From Azolla caroliniana (Eukaryota; Plantae; Polypodiophyta), in assembly GCA_043228905.1 (NCBI GenBank), contig JBHGNT010000006.1, forward strand, positions 23,064,001 through 23,128,000: a DNA stretch of 64,000 nt, read 5' to 3'. The translations under genes were made by a program, and so were the position numbers. The stretch's first letter is position 1, and every line of letters begins with the position of its first letter. Below, in pieces: positions 34,090-46,705 of the stretch. The notes under the pieces were generated by a model. It had not been told where the DNA came from and searched no databases. It saw nothing but the letters and a program-made list of their open reading frames with translations.

Positions 34090-36300
34090 CCATCGTTTTC
34101 TTTCTTTTTGTGCGTTTGTTTCTTTCCCTCCATGATTATCTACGTTCTATAGCTCGTTGGAAAGCTCTTTCAGAGAGCTTTCTAATGAATGTTTATTTGC
34201 TGAATTCCGTTGCCGGAATGAGGAGTTATGAGAATTTTCGTTCACAGCTCTCTTTGCCCCGCGGCTCCTCAAACTCTAGGTAGATTTTGAAACCCTAAAT
34301 CGATTGAAAGGTACATTCTACTTCTTCTATCATTTTATTAATAGTAAATATGCCAAGAGGAGTAAAAGCCAATGATGATATGATTGAAAGCCCAAACAAT
34401 CAAATGCATACATTGTCAATGGAAAAGATCGCAACTATGTATATCTCATTGCAAGAGACAATGATGCATATGCAAAGCAAATTGTATGCTCGTAAGGAGA
34501 GGGAATTAACTCTTCAACATACACTGGAAATGCAAAAGTTAGAGATGAAAGCTTTGTGTGAAGAACTACATGAAATGAAGAACATGACTATTCAAATGCA
34601 AGATAATAGGATGCCTGAAATCGAAAGAAAAATGTTGTCAACTTGAGATAATCCATCCCTCTATCCTTATCATCCTGCAACATCATTTCAATGGCCTTCC
34701 TACTAAATGGAAGCCTTATCAGTCTTGGCCCACCTTCTCTTCTTATAGACTCTTCTAAGCCATAAGCATCCAAGACCACATCCATCATTCCTGATCCTAC
34801 AAAAATGATGGTAGTGCAAACCATCCAACCTCATCATTACCCTATGCTCACATATAAAGGTGAACATATAGAATTTGTTAAAAGCTTTAAATATCTTAGC
34901 ATTGATGTACCCGCCACAAATAAATGGAGTGCATGTTTTGATTCTAGACTCCAAGCCGGTTGGAAATCATATTACCTTTTGGAAAACCAATGCAACCAAA
35001 GTGATACTTGTGGATGGGAAGTAAAATTAATGTTGTTCAATGTCATGGTAACTCAGGTATTGCTTTATGGAGTAGAAGTATGGGGTGGCACCATCTCTCT
35101 TAATGCATGGAACAAGATTGAGAAAATTCAAAAGATGTTTTTAAGGAGGCAATTAGAAGTTAAATGCACTACCTCTTACTAGGTTATGCTCCTGGAAAGG
35201 GGTGTTCGACCCATAGAACTATTGGCACTCCAAAGAGTATATAAATACATTACAAAAGTCAAGAATATGCCGAATCATCGATTACCACATCTTTCTTGGA
35301 ATGTTGAATGTAAGCTACAAAAGAATCATAAAAGTAATATTCTCTCATCTGGTTGGGTTGTTGACATAAAGAAATGGTTTAGAAAATGGGGTGTGGATGA
35401 TCTTTTAGAGCTTTCAAGCAATGCTATGCAATATGTAATGATTGAGAAAAGGTTGGTGGAATCATTAAGGATGAAGTGGGAGGATGCTAAGAGGACAAAG
35501 CTAGAATACTACATTGCAAATCTCAACCCTGAATGTTGGTCTCAATATAAAGCAAGAATGTCTATTGATCGTATCCAACCTTATCTCATTACCAATATGC
35601 GTAGCAATGCTCGTAGAGCCCTTACACTACTTCGCGCTTGATCTCACAAGTTAGGTATTGAAGTTGCATCATGGTATCAAAATGTAACGAATTTGAAGAC
35701 ATGTAAAGTATGCAATGAAGGCATGGTAGTGGATGAATGTCACTTGCTCTTCACATGCTCGACATATAGTGCAATTAGTTCAAGATATGTTGACATACTA
35801 AGAGGGAGTGATAACTTAAGATCCATACTTACGACACCACCTAGAAGGTTGAGCTCATATGTGTATGCTTTATTAACACATAGAGACTTTGTGCTTCAAC
35901 ATATAAATACCCCTTCTTAGGAAGGAGACATATATCAAGAACACATGTATATTCTGGTCCCATAGGTCAAAATTGGCCTCTTCATGGACGATAAAAATTC
36001 TAATTCTAATTCTAATTCTCTTGTCTATGCTCTCTCTCTCTCTCTCTCTCTCTTTCCATTTTTTAGTTCCTACATGGTATCAGAGCGGTGAAGGAGTCCA
36101 ACCCCACCAAGAATTTAGTCGTGGTGTTAATAATGAGCGTGTGAATTAAAGAAATGTGGTGGAAAATTCCGCCCAGGTATTGTCTCGCACTTATCACATG
36201 GAAAAATTGAATGATAAAAACTATCAACCATGGTGTATGACCATGGAAATTATATTAGAACAATATAACTTGTTAAATATCGTCGATGGAACGAAGGAGT
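33736..36300 (+). mobile_element. Copia 5' LTR (33736-36074, split by a LINE), PBS and gag start
   Basis: Ends TGTAGG...CCTACA; PBS TGGTATCAGAGC 36075-36086; MEKLNDKNYQPWCMTMEIIL...LLNIVDGT Copia gag N-terminus. Confidence 0.85.
34050..36017 (+). mobile_element. Internally deleted RTE-like non-LTR retrotransposon
   Basis: 11-bp TSD CTCTTGTCTAT (34039-34049, 36018-36028); (AATTCT)n 3' tail; RT-thumb/C-terminal motifs FKYLSI, LLYGVEVWG, CKVC...DECHLLFTC; short coiled-coil ORF 34350-34646. Confidence 0.85.
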
Positions 36301-37305
36301 TCAAAGACAATAATATAATCTATCTATCTATCTCTTTCCATTTCTCAATTCCTACAATAAAGGAGTTGCTAGGTTACTTTTTCACTTTATTTTCATTTAA
36401 TAGATTATATCTTATGTCATTGTGGATGTCAGCAAATTCTAGCTTTTCTAGTATTTCAAAGGAAAGAATCTTAACTGCCGTATGTCTAAAGTGACTAATT
36501 GGTATTATGGAATACACCAAGAAAGGAGTGGTGGGTATCTCTTTATTTATAACTACATGAATTAATTGTTTCAAGACATAAGTTATGGTAGGTTTCCTAC
36601 ATTTAAAGGTTATCAATTGATAAAGAATGGAAAACAAGCAAAAGTCTTTGGTGGCAACTAATAGGACAATTCTGGGGAGAATCAAATTCCTATTTTCATG
36701 AGGTAAAGAATGACGATTTTGTGATAAGGATACGAAGAACATCCTCAAGTATTTCATAAATCCACCGTTGAACGAGCCAAAGAGAGAAATCATCAATAAT
36801 TTCTATAGGAACTAAAGGAACCACCGCATGAGGTATTTGAAACCTCGAACATTTTGTAACCCAATAGATGGTAATGAGACTTAGTTGATTGGAGCCCTAA
36901 AGTACCTAAGGATAGTGGGGACGCTACTGGCTAGTTAATTTCAAGCACAAGTTTCACCATGAGAAAAAATGATGTATACACAACTATCATCGTGGGCTAA
37001 AAAAGGAACTAACACCGAGTCATTAGAAATAGGTAATATGCTGCATTTTAATAATTGTCCGTCAAAAAATGGCACAAAATAGTTCGTAAAATAAAAAGGG
37101 GTGACGCATGCATAAAGTTTTTTTAAAAACGACGCAAAATATATTGATTTTTAGCATGTCCAAAATTTTAGGGCTTCCAAAAATTGCCTAAATAATTGAC
37201 ATGCGAAAGTTACAAAAGAATGTACAAATTTTACAAAATGACTACCACCCATATTTGTACATATTGGAGAATTAGCATCTTGATGGAAAATACAATATTT
37301 ACAAA

Positions 37306-40300
37306 TCATGTATCAGAACTATCACTTCCCAAAGCTATGCCTTCCCCTTCAGACCCATCCGAGGAACTGGGAGATCTTTGTGAGGTCTCATCCTCATCAT
37401 CACTAGCAACTACTGTATTGTCTTCATCCAGTTGCAATCTAATGTCACCGTGATTATGAAACATACTCCTTGTTCGTCTGTGTCTTGCATTGAGAGACAC
37501 ATCTGGGATCTTCTCTTTTATTATCTTGATTGTGGTCTGTCTTAGATGGCCTATTTTGGTTAAGCGGAAGTCATACACTAGTATGTCTACATTATCAAGT
37601 GTCCGAGTAGACGTGTTCGGTAGATTTTTTCTTTTTCACTTTCTACTTGTGCCTTCGACATCCTTAACCATCTCTAAAGAGTACTTCCCAGTAAATGCAT
37701 CTGGAGTAGTGGTATGTCTTCATCCAATTGCAATCTAATGTCTCCGTGATTATGATACATACTCCTTATTCGTCTGTGTGTTGCATCGAGAGACACATCT
37801 GGGATCTTCTCTTTTATTATCTTGATTGTAGTCTGTCTTAGATGGCCTGTTTTGGTCAAGGTGAAGTCATACACTAGTATGTCTACATTATCAAGTGTTC
37901 GGTATATTTTTTTCTTTTCCGCTTTCTACTTGTGCTTTCTACTTGAACCATCTCTAAAGAGTACTTCCCAGTAAATGCATCTGGGGAAGAGGTATGATAC
38001 CAATGAACCACATTAGAGATAACTTTATTGCCTTGTTTGTCCTCAATAATTTCGGTGATTTTACAAATCCAAAAGGGATGGCCCAACTCATCACCCCTAG
38101 CTAATGTTGCAACCAACATACCAACTTGTAGCTCACGCAGATTGGGTTGCCATCTCGCCTTTGCAACACGCGATATTGTTGGTCCCATGTAAATATCTCT
38201 CTATCGTGGACGAACTAGATTATTCAGGTTAAGATTATCTAGTGATTGCACATTATTTGTAATCACCATTGATTGGTCACCAATATTCCATTTGAATTGA
38301 TTTTGGAGTGACCAGTAACTGCCAAAATGGTTAACTAAAATTGTATGTTGATAGTTAAAGAAGTTACCCCACCATTCAACATCCTGATCACCAGCATACC
38401 TTTTGGTGAGCTTAATATTTTTCTATTTCTCTTCAAGGCACCGCATCCAATGTACCTTTTTCTCTTCAATCGAACTACTAGGAGGCAATATTTTATATCC
38501 CTCCAAAGACATTTGTTCTGCACCATGGATTACTGCATCTAGAAAACACAGTAAGAGCCTACATCCCTCTTGGGGCTCCCATTGTGAACTAGATGAGTAT
38601 TGTTTGGCATACAACAATGTCTAGTTGTGGTTTATAGAAGTTCCTCTTTTTATGAGATAGACGTGGTTAAAACTTATATTATTAAGCGGGGCAAGAACCC
38701 TACATAGAGTCCCATCACCATCTACGGAGAAGCCTTTGAAAATCATAAACTTCATCCAGATGTTGTACCTTTGGGTTTGGGGTATAGGCTCCAATGATAA
38801 ACTTTCATATTGTAGGAAGGTAAATGCATCAGAGCTCGCTAATGTCTTCGAGGACATACTAAACATTTGATCTATATGATCATGTGTGTAACCAACTAGT
38901 AAGAAGTTGACCTTAATCGTTTTGAATATACCCCTGTCTAGTAGCATGCTTAAATAACCGAACACAATCCAATTTTTGTTTTCTCTTGCCATGTTGTCTA
39001 GTTGGACGTATAGTATTAGCGGGAGAATACATTGCCAAGACAGTAAACCTCTTTGCACGAATGTGACTGTAAGATTAGGGTTTTTGTGGATATTAGGATA
39101 AGTCAGGAACACTTGAGGCCTTATTGTTTGACAATACGACATACAACCTACTCAGTGCATCTGCACTAGGCATTCATCTCTAATATCCTTCGGCAACCCT
39201 CGAAAGTGTGGAAAACAAGTTTTCTTCTGATCCATGCCATCTATAATTTGGGGCATCATGGATTACTGCATCTAGAAAACACAGTAAGAGCCTACATCCC
39301 TCTTGGGGCTCCCATTGTGAACTAGATGAGTATTGTTTGGCATACAACAATGTCTAGTTGTGGTTTATAGAAGTTCCTCTTTTTATGAGATAGACATGGT
39401 TAAAACTTATATTATTAAGCGGAGCAAGAACCCTACATAGAGTCCCATCACCATCTACGGAGAAGCCTTTGAAAATCATAACTTCATGCAAATGTTGTAC
39501 CTTTGGGTTTGGGGTATAGGCTCCAATGATAAACTTTCATATTGTAGGAAGCTAAATGCATCAAAGCTCGCTAATGTCTTCGAGGACATACTAAACATTT
39601 GATCTATATGATCATGTGTGTAACGATATAGTAAGAAGTTGACCTTAATCGTTTTGAATATACCCCTGTCTAGTAGCATGTTTAAATAACCGAACACAAT
39701 CCAATTTTTGTTTTCTCTTGCCGTGTTGTCTAGTTGGACGTATAGTATTGGCGGGAGAATACATTGCCAAGACAATAAACCTCTTTGCATGAATGTGACT
39801 GTAAGATTAGGGTTTTTGTGGATATTAGGATAAGTCAGGAACACTTGAGGCCTTATTGTTTGACAATACGACATACAACCTACTCAGTGCATCTACACTA
39901 GGCATTCATCTCTAATATCCTTTGGCAACCCTCGAAAGTGTGGAAAACAAGTTTTCTTCAAATCCATGCCATCTATAATCAAGAACATGTACCTTTTCGG
40001 TGATTGAAACGTTTTTTGTTAGTGTTGCATAGCTTTATATCTCTCCAACGCTTATCTTTCGCAATGTTCTTTTAATAATTTCTTATAATTCTTTATTTCT
40101 TCATCTATTCTCCCACTCTTTGCCATGCTTTTTAAACTTGCACATACAGAACAAACGATTGGGACCTTACGCGGTATGACCACATTGTTAAACGACAACC
40201 TCCATAATCGATTAAAATGCGATATTGTATATAAGGTACACTTTCTAATAGCATGTCATTCTTATATGCTTGGTAAACCTCACGACAAGTGAAGTTATCT

Positions 40301-40620
40301 GACAAATGTAATCTTCCAGTTGTGGGCATAATATCACATTGCTTTGAGAAATATATCTCCATCCACCTACCGGCATTGCACCCAATTAGACCCTTACATC
40401 CATATACTTTATTGTTGAAGGAGTCCTTGGATGTAGACAATAATCCTGATCGGCTTAGCCCAGTAGAATTTGGGCATGCTTTTCTCCTCAAGCATTTTCC
40501 TTGCCACATTGATAATCGACGAGTTCTTCCTCTTAGCCACACTGTTTTGTTCTGGTGTGTTCCTGCAACTAAATTTTCTCCGAATTCCTTCCTTCTATAA
40601 ATAACTGATGAATTGGCCGG
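37306..40620 (-). pseudogene. DDD-type transposase (Sola-like/DUF7869-like), fragmented, with internal duplications
   Basis: IIDGMD..KT.FPHF, YVQLDNTARENKN, FLLVGYTHDHIDQMFS motifs; 38524-39247 duplicated at 39257-39979; 37421-37705 duplicated at 37717-37985. Confidence 0.75.
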
Positions 40621-40624
40621 AAAA

Positions 40625-40908
40625 GTATTCTTTTCCACCATCCAACTGCAGGCACTTGATCTTCCTATCTGTTTCCTGTTCGACTAAACTTTGCAAGTTT
40701 CGGAAACAATTGAAAACTCCGTTTTCTTCTCGATAAGGTAGATCCACATGTGTCGGGTGTAGTCGTCGATGAAGGAGACAAGATATCAGCTCCCACCAAG
40801 ACTAACGTTTGGTGCCAATCCCCATACATCCGAGTGTATTAGATCGAGCTTGTTACGGCTTTGGTTTCCTTCGGTGGGGAATTGAAGCCGGTGTTGCTTC
40901 CCAAGCTA
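40625..40908 (-). pseudogene. Copia integrase fragment
   Basis: GKQHRLQFP...LDLIHSDVW...SFIDDYTRHMWIY. Confidence 0.8.
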
Positions 40909-41270
40909 GACACAGATAGAAAGTAGGAGAGACAAAGAGAGAAGAATAGCATAAACTATATTAAATACTCTATACATAGGATGTTCTCATTGAGCACTCT
41001 TTATACAAGTCCACAAAGGACTTATAGAAGTACTATGTACTTCAATGCTCATACAAGCGGCTGGCAGTCATTACGATGCCATACCTACCTAGTAATCTAG
41101 AAACGTAGACCTCTAAATGGACTACCGGTACACACATGGGTCTAGCTCTCTAATCCCGATCTAGCTCCTGGTTCCGGGTACTATCTGGACACCGATCCGG
41201 ATATGATCCGGATTTGGCTTATCTAGCCGATCCGGATCCGATTAAGCTTGCTTGCGCAATAAGGGTTTCA
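40909..41270 (-). repeat. LTR fragment related to 24440-24590
   Basis: Shared GAGCATTGAAGTAC...GGACTTGTATAAA...CATCCTATGTATAGAG core. Confidence 0.65.
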
Positions 41271-42327
41271 TCAAAGTCGGTTTTCTCAGATATTTCTAGC
41301 ACTTCCGGCCAAAAAAATGACTTTTCTCTAGGTGTCTCTCCCACACGCATTCCCGCAGTTGTCGCATAATTGCTTCTTTCCACCATCTCCTCCTCTAGAA
41401 CCTTCTTCATGCCGCCTTTTCGGAAGTTCGGTCGAAGTGACTTCTGAGAGTCCATCAAATGGATCCAATTTCCCTCGTAGTAGATGAGATCCCGTCGTAG
41501 AGCCTCCTTGTGCTCATCGTAATGTTGCCAATCATGTTTGGTGTTATTGCACCATATGCATTTACGATCCATATATTTGCAACTTGAGGGATGGACTTCC
41601 AACTTCTTCACCATTGCGATTTTGAGATTCTCGATCTGCTTCAGCAACTGCTCCAGTGTGGTTGCATCAATTCCCTTCTCAATCGTATTCTCCCGAGCCC
41701 ATGGTTGATGGTCTTCCAAGCCAGCTCTTCGTATCGAAATTGGTTCCGAAACCCTCTTTTCTTCATTAGTGAGCCCTTGCCCCCTCTTTGTGTATCGCGT
41801 GACGATTTTCGCACATTTTCACATGTATTGGTGAGGCCACAGCTTGTAAGAACATGATCACTTTGTCTGGTGCGAGGATAGTTTGATCTCTCGTAGACAA
41901 CCTCCCGAATCGACTTTCAAATGTTGAAAACACATCGAGAACCTTTAGTCCCTTGTCCAGTGTTTCCACCCAATCTTCGAATCCTCTTCGTGTTGCCTTG
42001 GAGGAGTCCTTGATAGTGAACGTAGTCTTTAATGCTTCTTCAAACGCCGCCGACATCGGATTTTTTTCTCGAGTGTGTATGCATGGATAACTTTCTCTAT
42101 CATCCTTATCTAGAATATTTAAGTGGGATAAAGTTTTTTTTATATTTAATACTCATAATGTTAGTACAATGGTAAGGCTTGGATTTGTTAACATGGAGGT
42201 ATAGGGTTCAAAACTTGCCCTATGCATATAACATAATTATATTAGTGGTTTCTCCTATTTCTTTATACTTAGTTAATCGGGTACTCTGTATATATTACAT
42301 GTAGTATATACGAAATATACTACGACA
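41271..42327 (-). mobile_element. Third copy of the fungal-like Gypsy (gag fragments + LTR 5' part)
   Basis: Homologous to 20300-21135 and to the LTR end CTACGACA (42327); A/B box at 42162-42215. Confidence 0.85.
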
Positions 42328-43269
42328 ATGTAAAGTCCAACGTTTTCATTTGCCTATCAGTTCGATTCAAAGGCCGCCTGTCGATCCTATGACAGGGAGA
42401 TGGTCATCAGAAATTAGAGAACCACATTTTGTGCACATGCAAAACCTTAAGAGTAAAATGAAGATTAATCTGCACGCCACAGTAGTACCTTTCCTCGTCA
42501 TGGTGGATCTTGACCAATGCCCCACCACTGTTGATTTTAAGTATCGTTCAGCTGATGACTATAGTTACTACGTTATTGGAGGATCATATTCGGCTGAAGT
42601 TCGACGACAACTCATGAAACAATATCCTCTAACCCCATTCTTCAAATATGCATAATGCAAAGTCTATGCCAGTCTTACACATGAAGAGGCCAAGTTATTA
42701 GCTTGGAACCACAATAATGATAATAATTATAGAAAAAATAAGTATCACCACGAGTACCTCGATGTATTGCAAAGATTTGGTCCTAGGCTACATCCAAATC
42801 TGCATCGACAATGTCTGCTGGAGGTGGGTATAGCGGTTGATGAAAGCACGAGGTTGGAAGGATTGAGGAAATATGACTCGTGATTTGAACTAGCCTTTAG
42901 AATAGGGGAGGTTTGGATTTGCAAGACAAAATATTTAGCATGTCGGAGTGAAAAGAGGTGAAAGGACAACGGTCAAGGAAGGCCAAATTCGATCCATAGG
43001 TGGAAATGAAGTCAAAGTCACGTAAAAGTGATTCGATTATAGAGGAGCGCCCTGATGATATGAAGTTGCTCCCTTGGTGGTCTTTACAAGGCATTAATTA
43101 CGCAAGGTTATTAATTTCTGTACTTTCACGAGTAGTCGCCAAGGAGTTTAGCTTGGATGAGATGGTTACTAAATTTCAGAAGTAAGTATTATTCATAGGT
43201 TCTTCTTTGATTGGTTTCTTAGGAGGAAGTTGAATAGGCATACCCAATGACATCATCATATACTTTACT

Positions 43270-43523
43270 TATAGAATATAATAATACATAGATGGAATGT
43301 AACTCAATTGGTAAGGTTACCCAATAAGACCAAGAGGTCATGGGTTCAACCCCCTACATCCCATCGTGTCTACTCACGATTGGCTTATGTGGGTATCGTT
43401 GATGAAAATCGTGAATGCCCTCCGAAGCATTTTGTAAATGTGTAACTGGTTCCCATGTGGCGTCCGAAATGGGGTACCCTTTCCATAAGACCAAATATTG
43501 GAGCTGTCGACGACGATATCGAC
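43270..43523 (-). mobile_element. Deleted LTR/chromodomain fragment of the same Tcn1-like family as 43524-46705
   Basis: Homologous to 43860-44110. Confidence 0.75.
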
Positions 43524-46500
43524 TGTCACAGACGTAGACGAGGGCAAGGATAAGTAGGGGAGCTTAATATTAAGAAAGAGAGAAAGATAGATATATAGAT
43601 AGAGAGGAGCATAGACAAGAGAACAAGAGAGAGAGAGAGGGTAGACAAAAGAACGAGAACTAAATTATACTTCTGTAACTGGTGTTGTTCACCTTGATTA
43701 TAATCAAGGTGCACCGAAGTATTTATACAAGAATGTGGTGGTATGCATGTAAGCTATGAAACATCTAGAGAATGCATGGAAACTTCTAGAGAGTGCATGT
43801 CTATGCATTCTCTAGAAGTTTCTTGAAAGTTCTAGTGATTAACTTACAATGTAATAAGTTGAAACTTATACGATATAATAATGCATAGATGGAATGCAAC
43901 TCAATTGGTAAGGTTGCCCAATAAGACCAAGCGTTCATGGGTTCAACCCCCTACATTCCATCATGTCTATGACATTATCCTCCCTCTAAGGCCGCCTCCT
44001 GGGACTCACGGTTGGCTTATGTGGGTATCGTCGATGAAAATCACGAATGGCCTCCAAAATGGGGTACCTTTTCCATAAGACCAAATATTGGAGCTGTCAA
44101 CGATGATATCGAGAGTCGAGGATTTGGTCAACCTCATATTCTTCGCCCGTCGACAATTCCACAAGTGGCGGTGGAGGAGGGTGTCGTTTTGGAATTCGAG
44201 AAGGATGGTAGAGTTCGAGGAGGGAAATGTGAAAAACATCATGAATCCTGAAGGTTGGAGGAAATGCTAACCGGAAGGCAATTGGGTTGATCCGCTCGAT
44301 GATACAAAAGGGGCCTAGTCTGTTGTAGTCCAATTTTGCACAAGGACGTGTGGTGGCGATGCGATGACGTAATAGCCAAACCATGTCCCCGATTGCAAAT
44401 GTCAGTGGAGTTAAGCGATGTCGGTCCGCTTGATCGTTATAGTGGTCACCAGCAACATGGAGCTCCAAGGAGAGGTCACGATGGACATCGTGCAAAGCGT
44501 GGGCACGCGTCTCTGCCGAAGGATTGACCGAAGTTGCAGGTATGGAAATGTTGAAACGAGGGTGAAATGCATAGTTTGCAAAGAAGGGGGAAACCTTGGT
44601 CGAATCATGGATACTATTATTGTAAACAAATTGCGCCATTGTAAGGAAGTCCACCCAATCCTCCTGTTGGTAGCTCACGGTACACCGAAGGTATTGTTCA
44701 AGGATTTGGTTGACTTGCTCTGTTTGTTCATCAGTTTGAGGATGCTATGCTAAGGACAAGTTGACAAAAGTCCCAAATGTTTGTAGAAGTCGTCACCAAC
44801 TGTGGGAAATGAATTGAGAACCTCGATCAGACGTGATATCCTCGGGTAAGTCGTATAATCGAACAACGTTTTTAAGAAAAAGATCAACAGTCTCTTCCCC
44901 GGAAATGGTTTTGGAACATGGAACAAAGTAAGCCATCTTCGAAAAGCGATCGACAATGACTAGCACCGTGTCATGTCCACCAACCACAAGGAGGTCGGTG
45001 ATAAAGTCCATGGATAGAGAGACCCATGGTTGACATGGAATGGGGAGCGGGTGGAGAAGACCATATGGCCGATGGTGAGGCGTTTTGGACCGAGCACATA
45101 CATCACATGTCTTGATAAATTCCTTGACAAATTTCCAAGGTTGGGGCCACCAAAACCCTCGAGATATCAATTCCAAGGTTTTCGTAACCCCAAAGTGGTC
45201 GGCAAGAGGATCATCATGACAGTTTTGTAGAACCCATGTACGACATGATCCTTCGGGAACGTACAAGAGATGATTACGATATAGTAACCCATCCTGGGTT
45301 GTAAATTGGTTGAGATATGAGCTTTTCATGTCCGAAGATGGGTCATTAATGCGGCCCATGATTTCTTTGGCGAATGGGTCTGACACGGTTGCCGTGGCAA
45401 TCTCGTTGAGCAAAGAATCATCATGTAACATGCAGGTGGTGAACATCTGAAGTTGATCGGGCCGCAACAAACAATGGGATTGTTTTGAATATGCATCATC
45501 AACTAGGCGCAATGCAAAATCAAGTCGTCGAGAGAGGACATCAACTTTCCCATGTTGAACTCCGGGTCGAAACAAGATCTCAAAGTCGCAATCGGCGAGA
45601 AAAGATGACCATCAGGCTTGCCTCCAATTCAATGTATGACTGGTGGTGAAGTAAATTAGATTTTTATGGTCGGTCAGCACTTGGATGCGATGTTGGGCCC
45701 CAGCCAAATAGGGTCGCCATTCGGTCAAGGCAGATATGATTGTTGCCAACTCCTTGTTGTAGACTGGATAATTGATTTCCGGGGTGGTAAACTTCCAAGA
45801 GTAGAAGGCCACAGGATGTAGTGTGCCCTCGTCGTTTGGTTGGGATAGGAAGTTCCAATGGCAAAGTCAGAGGCATCAGTTTTGACTTGGAAGGGCCTTG
45901 TGGGGTCAGGGTGAACCAACCTTGAGGGCATCAAAAGCACGTTGCACCGCAGAGGTCCAACGAAATGGAGTATGTTTTCTTGTAAGGATGATTAGAGGTT
46001 GTCCTAAAGATGAAAAACGATTGATAAATCGTCGATAGAAATTTGCAAAACCAAGAAATGATTGTACCTCTTTCAACTGAGTAGGGACAGGCCAATCGGT
46101 GATTGCCACTACCTTGCGTGCATCCATTGTGATCCCGGAGGGTGAAATCATGTAGCCGAGGAATTCGACAGAGGTCCGATCGAATTCACATTTCTCACTT
46201 TTGGCGTAAAGTCCATGTTCCCGAAGTTTGGATAGGACCAATCAAACGTGTTGGGTGTGCTCCTCAATGTTGGAAGACAAAACTAAAATGTCGTCAAGGT
46301 AGATCACCACGAAGTGATCGAGATACTCCCAAAATATATTGTTCATCATGTGCTGAAAGACCGTAGGGGCATTGGTGAGACCAAAAGGCATCACCTTGTA
46401 CTCGAAATGTCCATAGCATGTTCAAAAGGCCGTTTTCCACTCGTCTCCTGGCTTACGATTACGTAGTGTAATTTTGTTGAGACCCCGATAATCCACACAT

Positions 46501-46705
46501 AGGCGTAATGAGCCTTCCTTCTTGAACAATAAGATTGGGGCTCCATCTGGTGATTTGAAGGGTTGAATGAAGCCCTTGGCGAGGTTTTCATCCAGATATG
46601 TGCGAAGGGCCTCAAGTTTGGGTTTAGATAGCCCATAGATGGGCCCAAATGGTGGGTGTGCGCCATCTTGGAGTTCGATTGGGCAATCATAGGGGCGATG
46701 TGATA
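43524..46705 (-). mobile_element. Tcn1-like chromovirus (RT, RNase H, integrase, chromodomain, PPT, 3' LTR 43524-43974), 5'-truncated
   Basis: LTR termini TGTCACAGAC / GTCTATGACA; PPT 43977-43988; WVSLSMDFITDL, VIVDRFSKM, SDRGSQF, EEYEVDQILDSR. Confidence 0.92.
43888..43962 (+). ncRNA. 75-nt tRNA-like element in LTR U3 (antisense); expression unproven
   Basis: Closing stem GATGGAATGCA / TACATTCCATC, A-box-like CAACTCAATTGG, B-box-like GGTTCAACCCC; no clear anticodon arm. Confidence 0.45.

Noticed and set aside
36374-36796. 140-aa minus-strand ORF
   Set aside because: No recognisable motif; AT-rich and flanked by decayed repeats.
33731-43523. TCGAC flanks both related LTRs (33731-33735 and 43519-43523) as a shared TSD
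   Set aside because: The LTRs are in opposite orientation, have different termini and belong to different elements; treated as coincidence.
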